From positions 1-37,622 of the IMG/VR virus record IMGVR_UViG_3300037046_000298: 37,622 bases of DNA. One strand, 5' to 3'. A model generated the notes under the pieces. It did no database searches. It saw only the letters and a list, made by a program, of their open reading frames with translations, and was not told the origin of the DNA. Origin of the DNA: a virus (lineage: Duplodnaviria > Caudoviricetes). Within the stretch, counting starts at the first letter, position 1, and each line of letters starts with the position of its first letter. The position numbers were made by a program, and so were the translations under genes. This document shows positions 1 through 7,793 of this stretch, piece by piece.

Positions 1-606
1 ATGATCGACAACAACAACATCCAGGGGAGCGACGGCCGCGGGGGCCACCGGCTTGCCTGTCCGGAGTCCTCCGGACAACCGCTAGCCCGGAATGCACCGG
101 TGGCCCTCCGGCCCGCCGCCGTCCCTGGATATCCCGTCGATGCGATCAAAACCGCTAGCCGGTCAACAGTATACACCACGTTCGCCCATACGTCAAGCGC
201 CGCGCCCCTCTCGCCCACGCAGGCCGACGAGGCCGTGACGCCCGGGCGCAGGCCCGTCCCGGCCCGGATCATCCGCTGGATCAACGACGGCGTCCTGGTC
301 GCCGGCCGTCGCGTCCGGCTGGCCGCGACCAGGGTCGGCGGGCGCTGGCAGATACGGCCGTGCGACCTGGAGGCGTTCATCGTCGCCTGCAACTGCGGGC
401 GACGCCCGGTCGAACGCATGGACGCGACGGCATGTTCAGTCGCCCTCGCCCGCCGGGCGGAGCGGGCGCAGCGGGAGCGGCGGCGGATGACGCAGGATTA
501 CCTCGTCGCGGAAGGGCTGATGAGCGAGGGACGGAGGGGCGGAGGGGCGGAGGGACGGAAAGACGAGGGGCGAGGGACGAGGGGCGAGGGAAAGGCGACG
601 GCATGA
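1..606 (+). CDS. Excisionase-like DNA-binding protein (DUF1580/HTH-like); true start uncertain (ATG 1 or GTG 100)
   Basis: PLSPTQA..PGRRPVPARIIRWINDG..GRRVRLAATRVGGRWQIRPCDLEAF resembles DUF1580/MerR-type Xis. Its TGA overlaps the next ATG (ATGA at 603-606). Confidence 0.65.
   Translation: MIDNNNIQGSDGRGGHRLACPESSGQPLARNAPVALRPAAVPGYPVDAIKTASRSTVYTTFAHTSSAAPLSPTQADEAVTPGRRPVPARIIRWINDGVLVAGRRVRLAATRVGGRWQIRPCDLEAFIVACNCGRRPVERMDATACSVALARRAERAQRERRRMTQDYLVAEGLMSEGRRGGGAEGRKDEGRGTRGEGKATA
4..161 (-). ncRNA. Candidate structured antisense RNA
   Basis: Nested inverted repeats 4-9/136-141, 19-26/123-130, 42-51/97-106 and 58-66/69-77, directly downstream of the leftward promoter. Confidence 0.45.
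168..196 (-). promoter_or_regulatory. Leftward sigma70-type promoter (TTGACG-17 bp-TATACT)
   Basis: Reverse complement gives -35 TTGACG (191-196), a 17-bp spacer and -10 TATACT (168-173). Near-consensus in very GC-rich DNA. Confidence 0.7.
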
Positions 607-608
607 GC
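525..608 (+). repeat. GAGGGGC/GAGGGAC 7-8-mer array ending in a 30-bp direct repeat (579-608)
   Basis: gaggggcgagggaaaggcgacggcatgagc is identical at 579-608 and 2124-2153. Confidence 0.9.
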
Positions 609-1895
609 AGCGACGAACTGAGGAACGGCGAGCGGCAGGGGACGGGCGGTGAGGGCACGGCGCCGGTGTTTGAGCATGGCGACGTGGTGGAGGTCGACCT
701 GCCGACGCCAATGCGGGCGATAGTCCGGCGGGTGGCGGGCGGGCGGGCGGCCGTGCTGCCGTGCGGGGCGGCCGTGCTGCCGTGGGGGGAGGCGATAGAG
801 GTCCACGTGCCCGTGAGCGAGATTCGCCCCGCGCAGATCACGGCGGCGGACTTTCACGCGGAATGCCGCGTCCGCGTGCTGCCCGATGAGCCTGCGACGG
901 AGGCCTTCTACGCCCGGCTGGTCAACGACTACTGGACCGAGGATGCGGTGAACGTCCGCGCGGGCGGCGCCACCTTGCCCATCTCCGTCGCCCGCAGCCG
1001 CGTGCGCCTGATCGCGTCCGAAAAGTGGTTTATGGCCGAGTCGATACGGGCGGTGCGGGCCGCCGAGGCCGCGCAGGCGGCGTCGGTCAAGGCGGGCCAG
1101 GCCGTCTACTACGGAGACGACGGCAACTTGACGGCCGAGGCGGAGGGCGAGGCGGCGGCGGGGCTGGAGTTTGGCGACGTGGTGGAGTTCGCGCAGCCGA
1201 CGCGACTGCGGGCCATCTGGCTGGGCAAAGACGGCGACGACGGCTGGGATCGGGTAGTGCCGTGCGGCGCCCCGGACGGCCGCAATGTGCTCAGGCCTCC
1301 GGGCCGGATTCGCCCCGCGCCGATCGCGGAGGGGGACTTCTGTGCGGAGCGCCGCGTCCGCGTGCTCTCGGAAGACCTCACTACTACGGCGTGGTACGGC
1401 ACGCTGGTCAATAACTGTTGGACTGCCGAGACCGTGGGTGTTTCCGACGGGCTCCGCGGCAACGTGCCGGTGCAGGTCTTGCGGTCCCGCGTGCGCCTGA
1501 TCGCGGCCGAAAAGTGGTTTATGCGAGAGTCGATGCGGGCGGGGCAGGCGGCGGCGGAGGCGGAGGTCGCGGCCGTGGTGGCGGAGCACGCACGACCGTG
1601 CGGCGAGGGCGAGGCGGCGGGGGCGATACGGGCCGCGTGCGAAGAGGTCCAGACGATGCTGCTCGAGAAGAACCGCGCCTACGGCAACAGCGCCATGGAC
1701 CCGCTGCGAATCTTCAGCCGGGCCGACGCCGTCGAACAACTCAACGTCCGCATCGACGACAAGTTGTCGCGCATCGCCCGCGGCGGCGAGTTCGCCGGGG
1801 ACGACACGGAACTCGATCTGATCGGATACCTGGTGCTCAAACGCGCGGCCCGGCGTCGGGCCGCTGAAACGTCCGAGGGGACGCAGGACCAGTAA
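603..1895 (+). CDS. Duplicated N-terminal beta-barrel-like domain fused to a C-terminal nucleotide-modification-associated domain (Nmad1/DUF1599-like), 430 aa
   Basis: Two copies of GDVVE..RAI..PCGA..IRPA.I...DF.AE.RVRVL..LVN..WT..RSRVRLIA.EKWFM.ES.RA. C-terminus LLEKNRAYGNSA..P.RIFS..EQLNVRIDDKLSRI..DTELDLIGYL. Confidence 0.75.
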   Translation: MSSDELRNGERQGTGGEGTAPVFEHGDVVEVDLPTPMRAIVRRVAGGRAAVLPCGAAVLPWGEAIEVHVPVSEIRPAQITAADFHAECRVRVLPDEPATEAFYARLVNDYWTEDAVNVRAGGATLPISVARSRVRLIASEKWFMAESIRAVRAAEAAQAASVKAGQAVYYGDDGNLTAEAEGEAAAGLEFGDVVEFAQPTRLRAIWLGKDGDDGWDRVVPCGAPDGRNVLRPPGRIRPAPIAEGDFCAERRVRVLSEDLTTTAWYGTLVNNCWTAETVGVSDGLRGNVPVQVLRSRVRLIAAEKWFMRESMRAGQAAAEAEVAAVVAEHARPCGEGEAAGAIRAACEEVQTMLLEKNRAYGNSAMDPLRIFSRADAVEQLNVRIDDKLSRIARGGEFAGDDTELDLIGYLVLKRAARRRAAETSEGTQDQ

Positions 1896-1906
1896 GGGGA
1901 CGCATC

Positions 1907-2095
1907 ATGTTACGTGCAATGGTTAGCGTTGCGACGGTCATCGTGGGGGCCTGCCTCGTGGCCAAGGCCCTGTGGGCGATGGAGACGTTCGCCGCCGTGG
2001 ACGTGGCCGAGGAAATCCGCCTCGCCACGCTCACGCTCTGCGGCTGGGGCATGGTCGCCGCCGGCGTCGTCGCGTTTTGCGCGCGGCGGGCGTGA
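1907..2095 (+). CDS. Small two-TM membrane protein
   Basis: 62 aa with two hydrophobic stretches; AAGGGG upstream; fills the gap between neighbours. Confidence 0.6.
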   Translation: MLRAMVSVATVIVGACLVAKALWAMETFAAVDVAEEIRLATLTLCGWGMVAAGVVAFCARRA

Positions 2096-2153
2096 GGGGC
2101 GGAGGAACGGAGGGACGAGGCAAGAGGGGCGAGGGAAAGGCGACGGCATGAGC
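2094..2153 (+). repeat. Heptamer array plus second copy of the 30-bp junction repeat
   Basis: Direct sequence comparison with 579-608. Confidence 0.9.
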
Positions 2154-3182
2154 GGCAGGGCGGAGACGCTGTACGAGGCGAGGCGGCGGACGTGCAGGCG
2201 GGAGCGGCGGCGCAGGGACGCGGTGTACATGGCCCGGCGCCTGCTCTGGATCGCCCTGGGCGTGGCCGTGGGCGTCGCAATCGCCTTGGCCGGATATCGC
2301 GTGGCCGTCGCGCTGCTGGGCGGCGCGGAGAAAATCGGCGGGCCGGGCCACGAGCCCGGGCGGGTGCAGGGCGGGCCGATCGTCGGGGCCTGGCCCGCCC
2401 TCCCCGCCTCGATGCCCAATGCAGAATGTAGATTGCAGAATGCAGAATGCCGCGATGGAAACCCCGGTGAGAGCCGGGAGGGGGGCGGGGACCTGTGGGC
2501 GCACCGCGGAGCGGTCCCGCCCGACCCCGCAGCGGCGGCCCAATGCGCCGCCGCACCCCTCGCCGGCACGACGAATCCTGAGACCCGAGGGGGCGGTCCC
2601 CTCGACGATGAGCGAGCCGGTCCCGGTGTCCCCCCGCCGGGGCCGGCCGCTATTTCCATTGCAGAATGTAGATTGCAGAATGCGGCATGGGCCGCGTCGT
2701 CCGCCCCCCGTCCCTCGATCCTCGCCCCTCATCCTTCCCCCCTCGCCCCTCGTGCCTCGCCCCTTTGCCGTTCCCCTCGCCCCTCGCCCCTCGTTTCCCT
2801 CGCCCCCCTCCTCGACGCCATGACGGCCGTCGAGTCGGGCGGCAGGGCCGACGCAATCGGCGACGGGGGCCGCAGCATCGGCCCGCTACAGATTCAGCGG
2901 GCGTATTGGGCCGACGCCCGCATGGATACGGGCCGATACGACGATTGCAGAGACGCCGGGTACGCCCGGCAGGTGGTCCTCGCCTACTGGGACCGGTACG
3001 CCCCGTCCGCCCTGCGGGCGGCGGGAAGCAAGACGCGAGGGGCGAGGGACGAGGGGCGAGTCATGGACGCCGCCGAGGTCCTGGCGAGGACCCACAACGG
3101 CGGCCCGCGCGGGGCACAGAAGGCGGCGACGGCGGCGTACTGGAACAAGGTCCAGGCGGCAATGACAGGAGGCGGACGATGA
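2148..3182 (+). CDS. Membrane-anchored lysozyme-superfamily protein (i-type/destabilase-like or lytic transglycosylase)
   Basis: Basic N-terminus, TM helix (LLWIALGVAVGVAIALAG), repeat-derived linker, then AVESGG..AIGDGGRSIGPLQI.RAYW.D and ARTHNGGPRG..T..YW.KV. Confidence 0.8.
   Translation: MSGRAETLYEARRRTCRRERRRRDAVYMARRLLWIALGVAVGVAIALAGYRVAVALLGGAEKIGGPGHEPGRVQGGPIVGAWPALPASMPNAECRLQNAECRDGNPGESREGGGDLWAHRGAVPPDPAAAAQCAAAPLAGTTNPETRGGGPLDDERAGPGVPPPGPAAISIAECRLQNAAWAASSAPRPSILAPHPSPLAPRASPLCRSPRPSPLVSLAPLLDAMTAVESGGRADAIGDGGRSIGPLQIQRAYWADARMDTGRYDDCRDAGYARQVVLAYWDRYAPSALRAAGSKTRGARDEGRVMDAAEVLARTHNGGPRGAQKAATAAYWNKVQAAMTGGGR
2418..2683 (+). repeat. Two AATGCAG-type heptamer arrays containing an identical 24-bp direct repeat
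   Basis: tgcagaatgtagattgcagaatgc at 2420-2443 and 2660-2683, an offset of 240 bp. Confidence 0.9.
2710..2814 (-). repeat. Inverted-orientation GAGGGGC heptamer array (GCCCCTC on +) inside the lysozyme gene
   Basis: cctcgcccctc units translate as SILAPHPSPLAPRASPL..SPRPSPLVSLAP. Confidence 0.85.
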
Positions 3183-4384
3183 AGGCGCAGATCGACACAC
3201 GGACGCTGTCTCGTATCGTGGATATCATCGACGGGGCGTGCGAGCGCTGTCCGGCAAACCCGCTCGACCGATGCGTCCGCGTGACGCTCATCGGCGAGAA
3301 ACTCTGGCTGACGCTTGCGCGGAAGGACCTGGTCGTCGCGGCGGAGATCGATGCCTACTACTCGGGCGCGGTGGAGACGGGCGTCTGGCTTCTGCCCGTC
3401 GCCACGCTCAAGACGGCCTTGGATGCCCTGCAAAAGAGCGTCTACGTGGAGATCTCGGGCCAGGCAGGCCCCTGCTCGCCGCTGGTGATAACGGCGGCGG
3501 ACGGCGACCCGTGCACGCTGACGCTTGAGTGCTTTGACACGGCCGACGCGGCCGCCCCCGCCGCCGTCCCCGCCGGTGAGTGCGACATATCCATCGGGTT
3601 CACCGCCTGCGCCCGCATGATCGACCAGACGGTCTTCGCCTGCGAGGCGGAAAACACGCACTGCGCCCAGGCCTGCGTCGAGTGGACCGTCGAGGCGGAT
3701 GCGTATTCGCCGCATCTGCCGCGTACCCGCTGGCTCACCATGGCGGCGACCAACAGATGCCAACTCAGCGTCGCACGCCGCGGCTGCGAAAACGGGGGGG
3801 CGGGCGCGGAGGCACGCAAGGTCCTCGTCCCCGCCCAGGCAGTGCGGACGCTGCGGGCCTTCATGGAGACGCGGCGAATGTTTATCGACTCGAACCCCGC
3901 GTGGACGCCTGTCCGCGTCCGCATGGACGGCGACTGGACCGCCGAGTCGCAGATAGGCAACGCGACAGTCCGCGTGTGGGCGAAAAGCGGCGACGGCAAG
4001 TTCCCGGACTACCAGAGCGTCCTGCCGCCGTCCAACGAGGGCGTCGTCGCGACGTGCGACGCCGGCGAGTTCTTGGGCGGCGTGCGTCGGGCCGCCGCGT
4101 TTGCGAACGAGGAGCATCGGTGCCTGCGCCTTGCATTTGGGGGCGGGCGCATCGCGCTCACATGCCGCGCGGCGGATATCGGCGAGGGCCGGGCCGAGGT
4201 TGAGGCCGTGTACTCGGGCGACCCAATCAAGATCGGCTGCGACCCGCGCCTCCTCATCGCCGCCCTGCGGCCCGTCGCCGCCGCGGGCGAAATCCGCCTC
4301 CGCATGCGCAAGGCCACTCAACCCATCCTGATCGAGACGCCCAACCAGTCGTATCGCCATGTACTCATGCCGGTGTCGCTATGA
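3179..4384 (+). CDS. dnaN: DNA polymerase III beta sliding clamp homolog
   Basis: 401 aa with MIDQTVFA, MAATNRCQL, VLVP, GKFPDYQSVLP, IKIGCDPRLL and a C-terminal HVLMPVSL, all clamp-like. Confidence 0.85.
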   Translation: MKAQIDTRTLSRIVDIIDGACERCPANPLDRCVRVTLIGEKLWLTLARKDLVVAAEIDAYYSGAVETGVWLLPVATLKTALDALQKSVYVEISGQAGPCSPLVITAADGDPCTLTLECFDTADAAAPAAVPAGECDISIGFTACARMIDQTVFACEAENTHCAQACVEWTVEADAYSPHLPRTRWLTMAATNRCQLSVARRGCENGGAGAEARKVLVPAQAVRTLRAFMETRRMFIDSNPAWTPVRVRMDGDWTAESQIGNATVRVWAKSGDGKFPDYQSVLPPSNEGVVATCDAGEFLGGVRRAAAFANEEHRCLRLAFGGGRIALTCRAADIGEGRAEVEAVYSGDPIKIGCDPRLLIAALRPVAAAGEIRLRMRKATQPILIETPNQSYRHVLMPVSL

Positions 4385-4680
4385 CGCGCGTCACAAAGGG
4401 GGCGAGGAACGGGCGGGAGAGGGGGCGGTCGGAAAGATACGACCGCGACGGGCCGTCGGCCCACGTCGAGCCGCCGCGCTGGAGGCAGGCCCTGTGGCGG
4501 ATACTGGCGTGCGTGCAGACGGAGCGATGCGTGCTTGCCGACGCCGGCGACAGGGGCGGCGCGGCGATGGTGGGCGAAATAGAGGCGTCGCTGCGGGCGA
4601 GGCTGGGCGCGGCCCCGGAACGGGTCCGGGTGCTGCGGGCGAAGATGCAGGCGGCGGAGGAGGCGGACGATGGCGATTGA
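4381..4680 (+). CDS. Hypothetical protein
   Basis: ATGA-coupled to the clamp gene; overlaps the next start. Confidence 0.5.
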   Translation: MTRVTKGARNGRERGRSERYDRDGPSAHVEPPRWRQALWRILACVQTERCVLADAGDRGGAAMVGEIEASLRARLGAAPERVRVLRAKMQAAEEADDGD

Positions 4681-4915
4681 CGCTCGCAAGCACGACGGCC
4701 AGGTGGACGTGGCGATAACGTTGCTGCTCGGGGCCGTCGCCCTGCCGGTCGCGTGCATCGTGACGGTCGAGCCGCACGGCCTGACGATCCGCCCCAAGGG
4801 CCGTCGCCAGTCGCTGCGCATCGACTGGACCACGCTCGCGGCCCGCATGACGCCGCCCGTGACGGCCAAGGCAAAGTACCTCGCCAACCCCCTGGGGCTG
4901 CTGACGGACGGGTAA
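4670..4915 (+). CDS. Hypothetical protein (small beta-rich)
   Basis: GGAGG upstream; IVTVEPHGLTIRPKGRRQ..IDW. Confidence 0.6.
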   Translation: MAIDARKHDGQVDVAITLLLGAVALPVACIVTVEPHGLTIRPKGRRQSLRIDWTTLAARMTPPVTAKAKYLANPLGLLTDG

Positions 4916-4917
4916 CG

Positions 4918-4962
4918 GACGAGGGGCGAGGGGCGGAGGGGCGAGGGGCGAGGGACGAGGGG
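4918..4962 (+). repeat. Intergenic GAGGGGC/GAGGGAC heptamer array
   Basis: gacgaggggcgaggggcggaggggcgaggggcgagggacgagggg. Confidence 0.85.
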
Positions 4963-4983
4963 AAACCGTAAAGGAGGCGCACG

Positions 4984-5721
4984 ATGGCCCGGAAGAAGAA
5001 GCCGCAATCCATCAAGATATCGCTACTGGCGCGTGACGAGGAGCACAAGGGCGACCCCTACGCGATCCTCGACCGCCTCGTTGCCCGCCACCACGACCAC
5101 CTCGCCAAGGCGACCATCGGCCTGGCGTGGAACCTGGGCTGGAGGTGCGACGCCGACGGCCACGTCAAACTCGGCAAGGCGCAGAAGTGCCGCGAGGCGG
5201 ACCGCCAGGCCCACGGCCTGGACTTCATCATCCTCCTCAACCGCGACGTGTGGCAACAGGCGTGGTTCACCGAGGCCGAAATGGAGGCCTTGCTCGACCA
5301 CGAGTTGTCGCATTGCGGCGTCCGCGAAAGCGACGAGGGCGAGACCATCCTGGACGAAAAGGGGCGGCCCGTTTATCGGATGCGCAAACATGACATCGAG
5401 GAGTTTCGGCATATCGTCCGGCGGCACGGGTGTTGGAAGAGCGACCTCGTCGCGTTCGTCCAGGACGCCGTGGCCCGCGACCGCAGCCTCTTCTCCGCCA
5501 AGACGCCCGCGCCTGTTTCGCCGGCGGCGGGGGGCGGGACAAAGGCAGAGGCGGAGGCGGCCAAGGCGTGGGCGGCAGCCGGGCCCGCGCCGTCGGGCGA
5601 CTCGGGCGACGCGGCCGGCCTGGCGGGGGCGGAGTCGGGCGGCAATCGCGTGACGTTGACGCCGGAAACCAAGAAACTCCTGCGCCGCCGTCGCAAGGCG
5701 GCGGAGGCGGCGGAGGCATGA
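4984..5721 (+). CDS. Putative phage metallopeptidase
   Basis: KLGKAQK..DFIILLN..W..ALLDHELSHC..RKHDIEEF..IVRRHG (HExxH); AAAGGAGG RBS. Confidence 0.8.
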   Translation: MARKKKPQSIKISLLARDEEHKGDPYAILDRLVARHHDHLAKATIGLAWNLGWRCDADGHVKLGKAQKCREADRQAHGLDFIILLNRDVWQQAWFTEAEMEALLDHELSHCGVRESDEGETILDEKGRPVYRMRKHDIEEFRHIVRRHGCWKSDLVAFVQDAVARDRSLFSAKTPAPVSPAAGGGTKAEAEAAKAWAAAGPAPSGDSGDAAGLAGAESGGNRVTLTPETKKLLRRRRKAAEAAEA

Positions 5722-6524
5722 CGGACGGCGACGAGAGGCGACAGGTCCAGTGCGTCGTATGCGGCGACTGGTACGACGAGCGCGGGCGGTGCATGCACAA
5801 GGCGAAAGGAGCGGCAACGATGGATATGGAAAGCCAGATGAGTACGGGCGACTGGGCGAAGCGATCCGCCAAGGAGCACTGCGAGTCAAACGAGATGCTG
5901 CACGTCCCCGGCACGGGGATGCCCGACCGGCCGCCGTGGGCGCCGACGTGGAGCGGCCTGCGGGTCTGCCTGCTCCGGCCCCGGCCGGAACAGATCAACC
6001 TGCCCGACATCGCCCTGTCGCTGGCCGGGATAAGCCGGTACGCGGGCCTGGGGGAGACCGTGGCCGTCCACTCCCTGCGGACCGCCGCCGTCCTGGAGGC
6101 GTGGCGGGCAAGGCCTGTTGCCGTGCTGGCGGGCCTCGTGCACGACGCGCCGGAGGCGTACACGGGCGACCTGACGCGGCCCGTCCAGCGCCTGATCGGC
6201 CGGGCGGGCATGGCGGCGTACAGGGCCGCACACGCCCGAATCCTCGATTGCCTGATCGCCGAGGTCCTCGCCCTGCCCGTCCTGCCGACGCCGGACGACT
6301 GGGCGCTGGTCAAGCAGGCCGACAACGCGGCCGGCCTGGCCGAGGCCCGGGCGTGCGGATGGAGCGCGGCCGACTGGTACGTCGCCGGCGAAGGGCCGCC
6401 CGTTGGCATGATCGAGGCGGCGGCGGCGTGGCGTCCAGCGTGCATCGACGGCGGCGCGGCCATGTGGCGGTCGGACGTGCTGACGCTGGTCAACGCGGTC
6501 TTCGAGGCGGCGGCGAGGGCGTAG
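5718..6524 (+). CDS. HD-superfamily hydrolase (YfdR/YfbR 5'-deoxynucleotidase-like)
   Basis: I.LPDIALSL..ISRYAG..TVAVHS..GLVHDAPEAYTGDL.RP..VKQAD. Alternative start at ATG 5820 after AAAGGAG. Confidence 0.8.
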   Translation: MTDGDERRQVQCVVCGDWYDERGRCMHKAKGAATMDMESQMSTGDWAKRSAKEHCESNEMLHVPGTGMPDRPPWAPTWSGLRVCLLRPRPEQINLPDIALSLAGISRYAGLGETVAVHSLRTAAVLEAWRARPVAVLAGLVHDAPEAYTGDLTRPVQRLIGRAGMAAYRAAHARILDCLIAEVLALPVLPTPDDWALVKQADNAAGLAEARACGWSAADWYVAGEGPPVGMIEAAAAWRPACIDGGAAMWRSDVLTLVNAVFEAAARA

Positions 6525-6526
6525 AG

Positions 6527-6835
6527 ATGGTGTACGTATCTGGGCTTGTGCGGACACAGAGATGCAGGCGCTGGCCTTACGACCAGGCGGCGTACCTGTG
6601 GGCCGACACGTCGGCGGAACTCGACGCCATCGCCAGGCGGCTGGGCCTGCGGCCCGAATGGATGCACGCCGATTACGACGCCCCCCACTACGATCTGACG
6701 GCCGGGAAACGGGCGCAGGCCATGCGTTTCGGGGCGCGGGAGGCGGACCGGCGGGACCTGGCCGCCCTCCGGGCCGCACGCCGCGAGAAGCGATACGCCG
6801 AGGCCCGTGCGGCCGCAAAGGGGACGCGAGGATGA
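6527..6835 (+). CDS. DUF4031-like protein
   Basis: MVYV..ADT.AEL.AIA.RLGLRPEW....HYDLT..KRA.A...GA. Confidence 0.8.
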   Translation: MVYVSGLVRTQRCRRWPYDQAAYLWADTSAELDAIARRLGLRPEWMHADYDAPHYDLTAGKRAQAMRFGAREADRRDLAALRAARREKRYAEARAAAKGTRG

Positions 6836-7272
6836 GCGACGCCAGCGGCTGCGCCCGGCCCCTCGATCCGTCCGATGAGGCGTATCGATATCTCTGGCAC
6901 GGCCTGAAGAACCGTCACCGCGGCGAGGCCGCGGCGATCACCAAGCCGCGACTCGTGGCGGCCCTGGCGGAGGCCGGGCATCCGGTGGACCGGCGGGTCC
7001 TCGATGAGACGCTGCGGGCCATGCGGGCGGCGGGGTTTCCGGTGGCGGCGACGGCGGCGGGCGTGTTCTGGGCGCGGACGCGGGACGAACTTTTGCGGGC
7101 CCGCCACACCGTTGCCGCCCGCTTTGACGACCTGCGCGAGACCGTCGACGCCTATGACCGGCTGATCGGCGCGTGGGCCGTCGCCCCGGACTCGGGCGGC
7201 GTCGTCCGCACGGCCGACGGCCAGGGGATGCTTTTCGGCGGCGCGTCTATCGCGCCGGGAAGCCGGACGTAA
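6832..7272 (+). CDS. Winged-helix DNA-binding protein
   Basis: HRGEAAAIT..RL....DRRVLDE.LR.MR.AGFPVAAT..GVFWART.DE; C-terminal QGMLF. Confidence 0.6.
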   Translation: MSDASGCARPLDPSDEAYRYLWHGLKNRHRGEAAAITKPRLVAALAEAGHPVDRRVLDETLRAMRAAGFPVAATAAGVFWARTRDELLRARHTVAARFDDLRETVDAYDRLIGAWAVAPDSGGVVRTADGQGMLFGGASIAPGSRT

Positions 7273-7273
7273 A

Positions 7274-7344
7274 GGCGAGGGGCGAGGGACGAGGGGCGAA
7301 GGGCGAAGGGCGAAGGGCGAAGGGCGAGGGGCAGAGGGGCGGGG
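7274..7344 (+). repeat. Intergenic GAGGGGC/GAAGGGC heptamer array
   Basis: ggcgaggggcgagggacgaggggcgaagggcgaagggcgaagggcgaagggcgagggg. Confidence 0.9.
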
Positions 7345-7375
7345 AACGGGGGACGTGGGGCGAGGCGGGGCGGCC

Positions 7376-7792
7376 ATGCAAATCGAACCGTGGTATGCGT
7401 ATGTGATTATGGCCGTTGCGCTGGCGGGGACGGCGCTCAACGTCCGAGGCGTCCGCTGGTGCTGGCCGGTGTGGATGGTCTCCAACGCCGCCAGCGGCGT
7501 CTACCTGGCAGCGGGCGGGATGTGGACCCAGGGCCTGCTCCAGGCCGTGTTTCTCTTGGCGGGCGCGTGGGGATGGGTCGCGTGGGGACGGGCGGAGCGG
7601 GCGGCTCGCGCCGTCCTGGCGGAGCACGAGGCGGTTGTGCTGCGGTACGAGGCTCGGCTGATCGAGTACGAGGCCTGCCTGGCCAAGGCCGTCAAGGCCG
7701 CGGGCGATGCGCGCATCGCGGGAGAGCGGGCCGTCGACGTGGCGCGGCGGGCCTTGGCGGGGAGGCGTTCGCACGGGCTGTCGATGAACTGA
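7376..7792 (+). CDS. PnuC-like 3-TM membrane protein with C-terminal coiled coil
   Basis: LAGTALNVRGVRWCWPVWMVSN....GMWTQGLLQAVF...AWGWVAW. Confidence 0.7.
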   Translation: MQIEPWYAYVIMAVALAGTALNVRGVRWCWPVWMVSNAASGVYLAAGGMWTQGLLQAVFLLAGAWGWVAWGRAERAARAVLAEHEAVVLRYEARLIEYEACLAKAVKAAGDARIAGERAVDVARRALAGRRSHGLSMN

Positions 7793-7793
7793 T

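Noticed and set aside
745-784. 21-bp tandem duplication (AAVLPCG/AAVLPWG)
   Set aside because: Real, but most likely a simple in-frame slippage duplication with no wider pattern.
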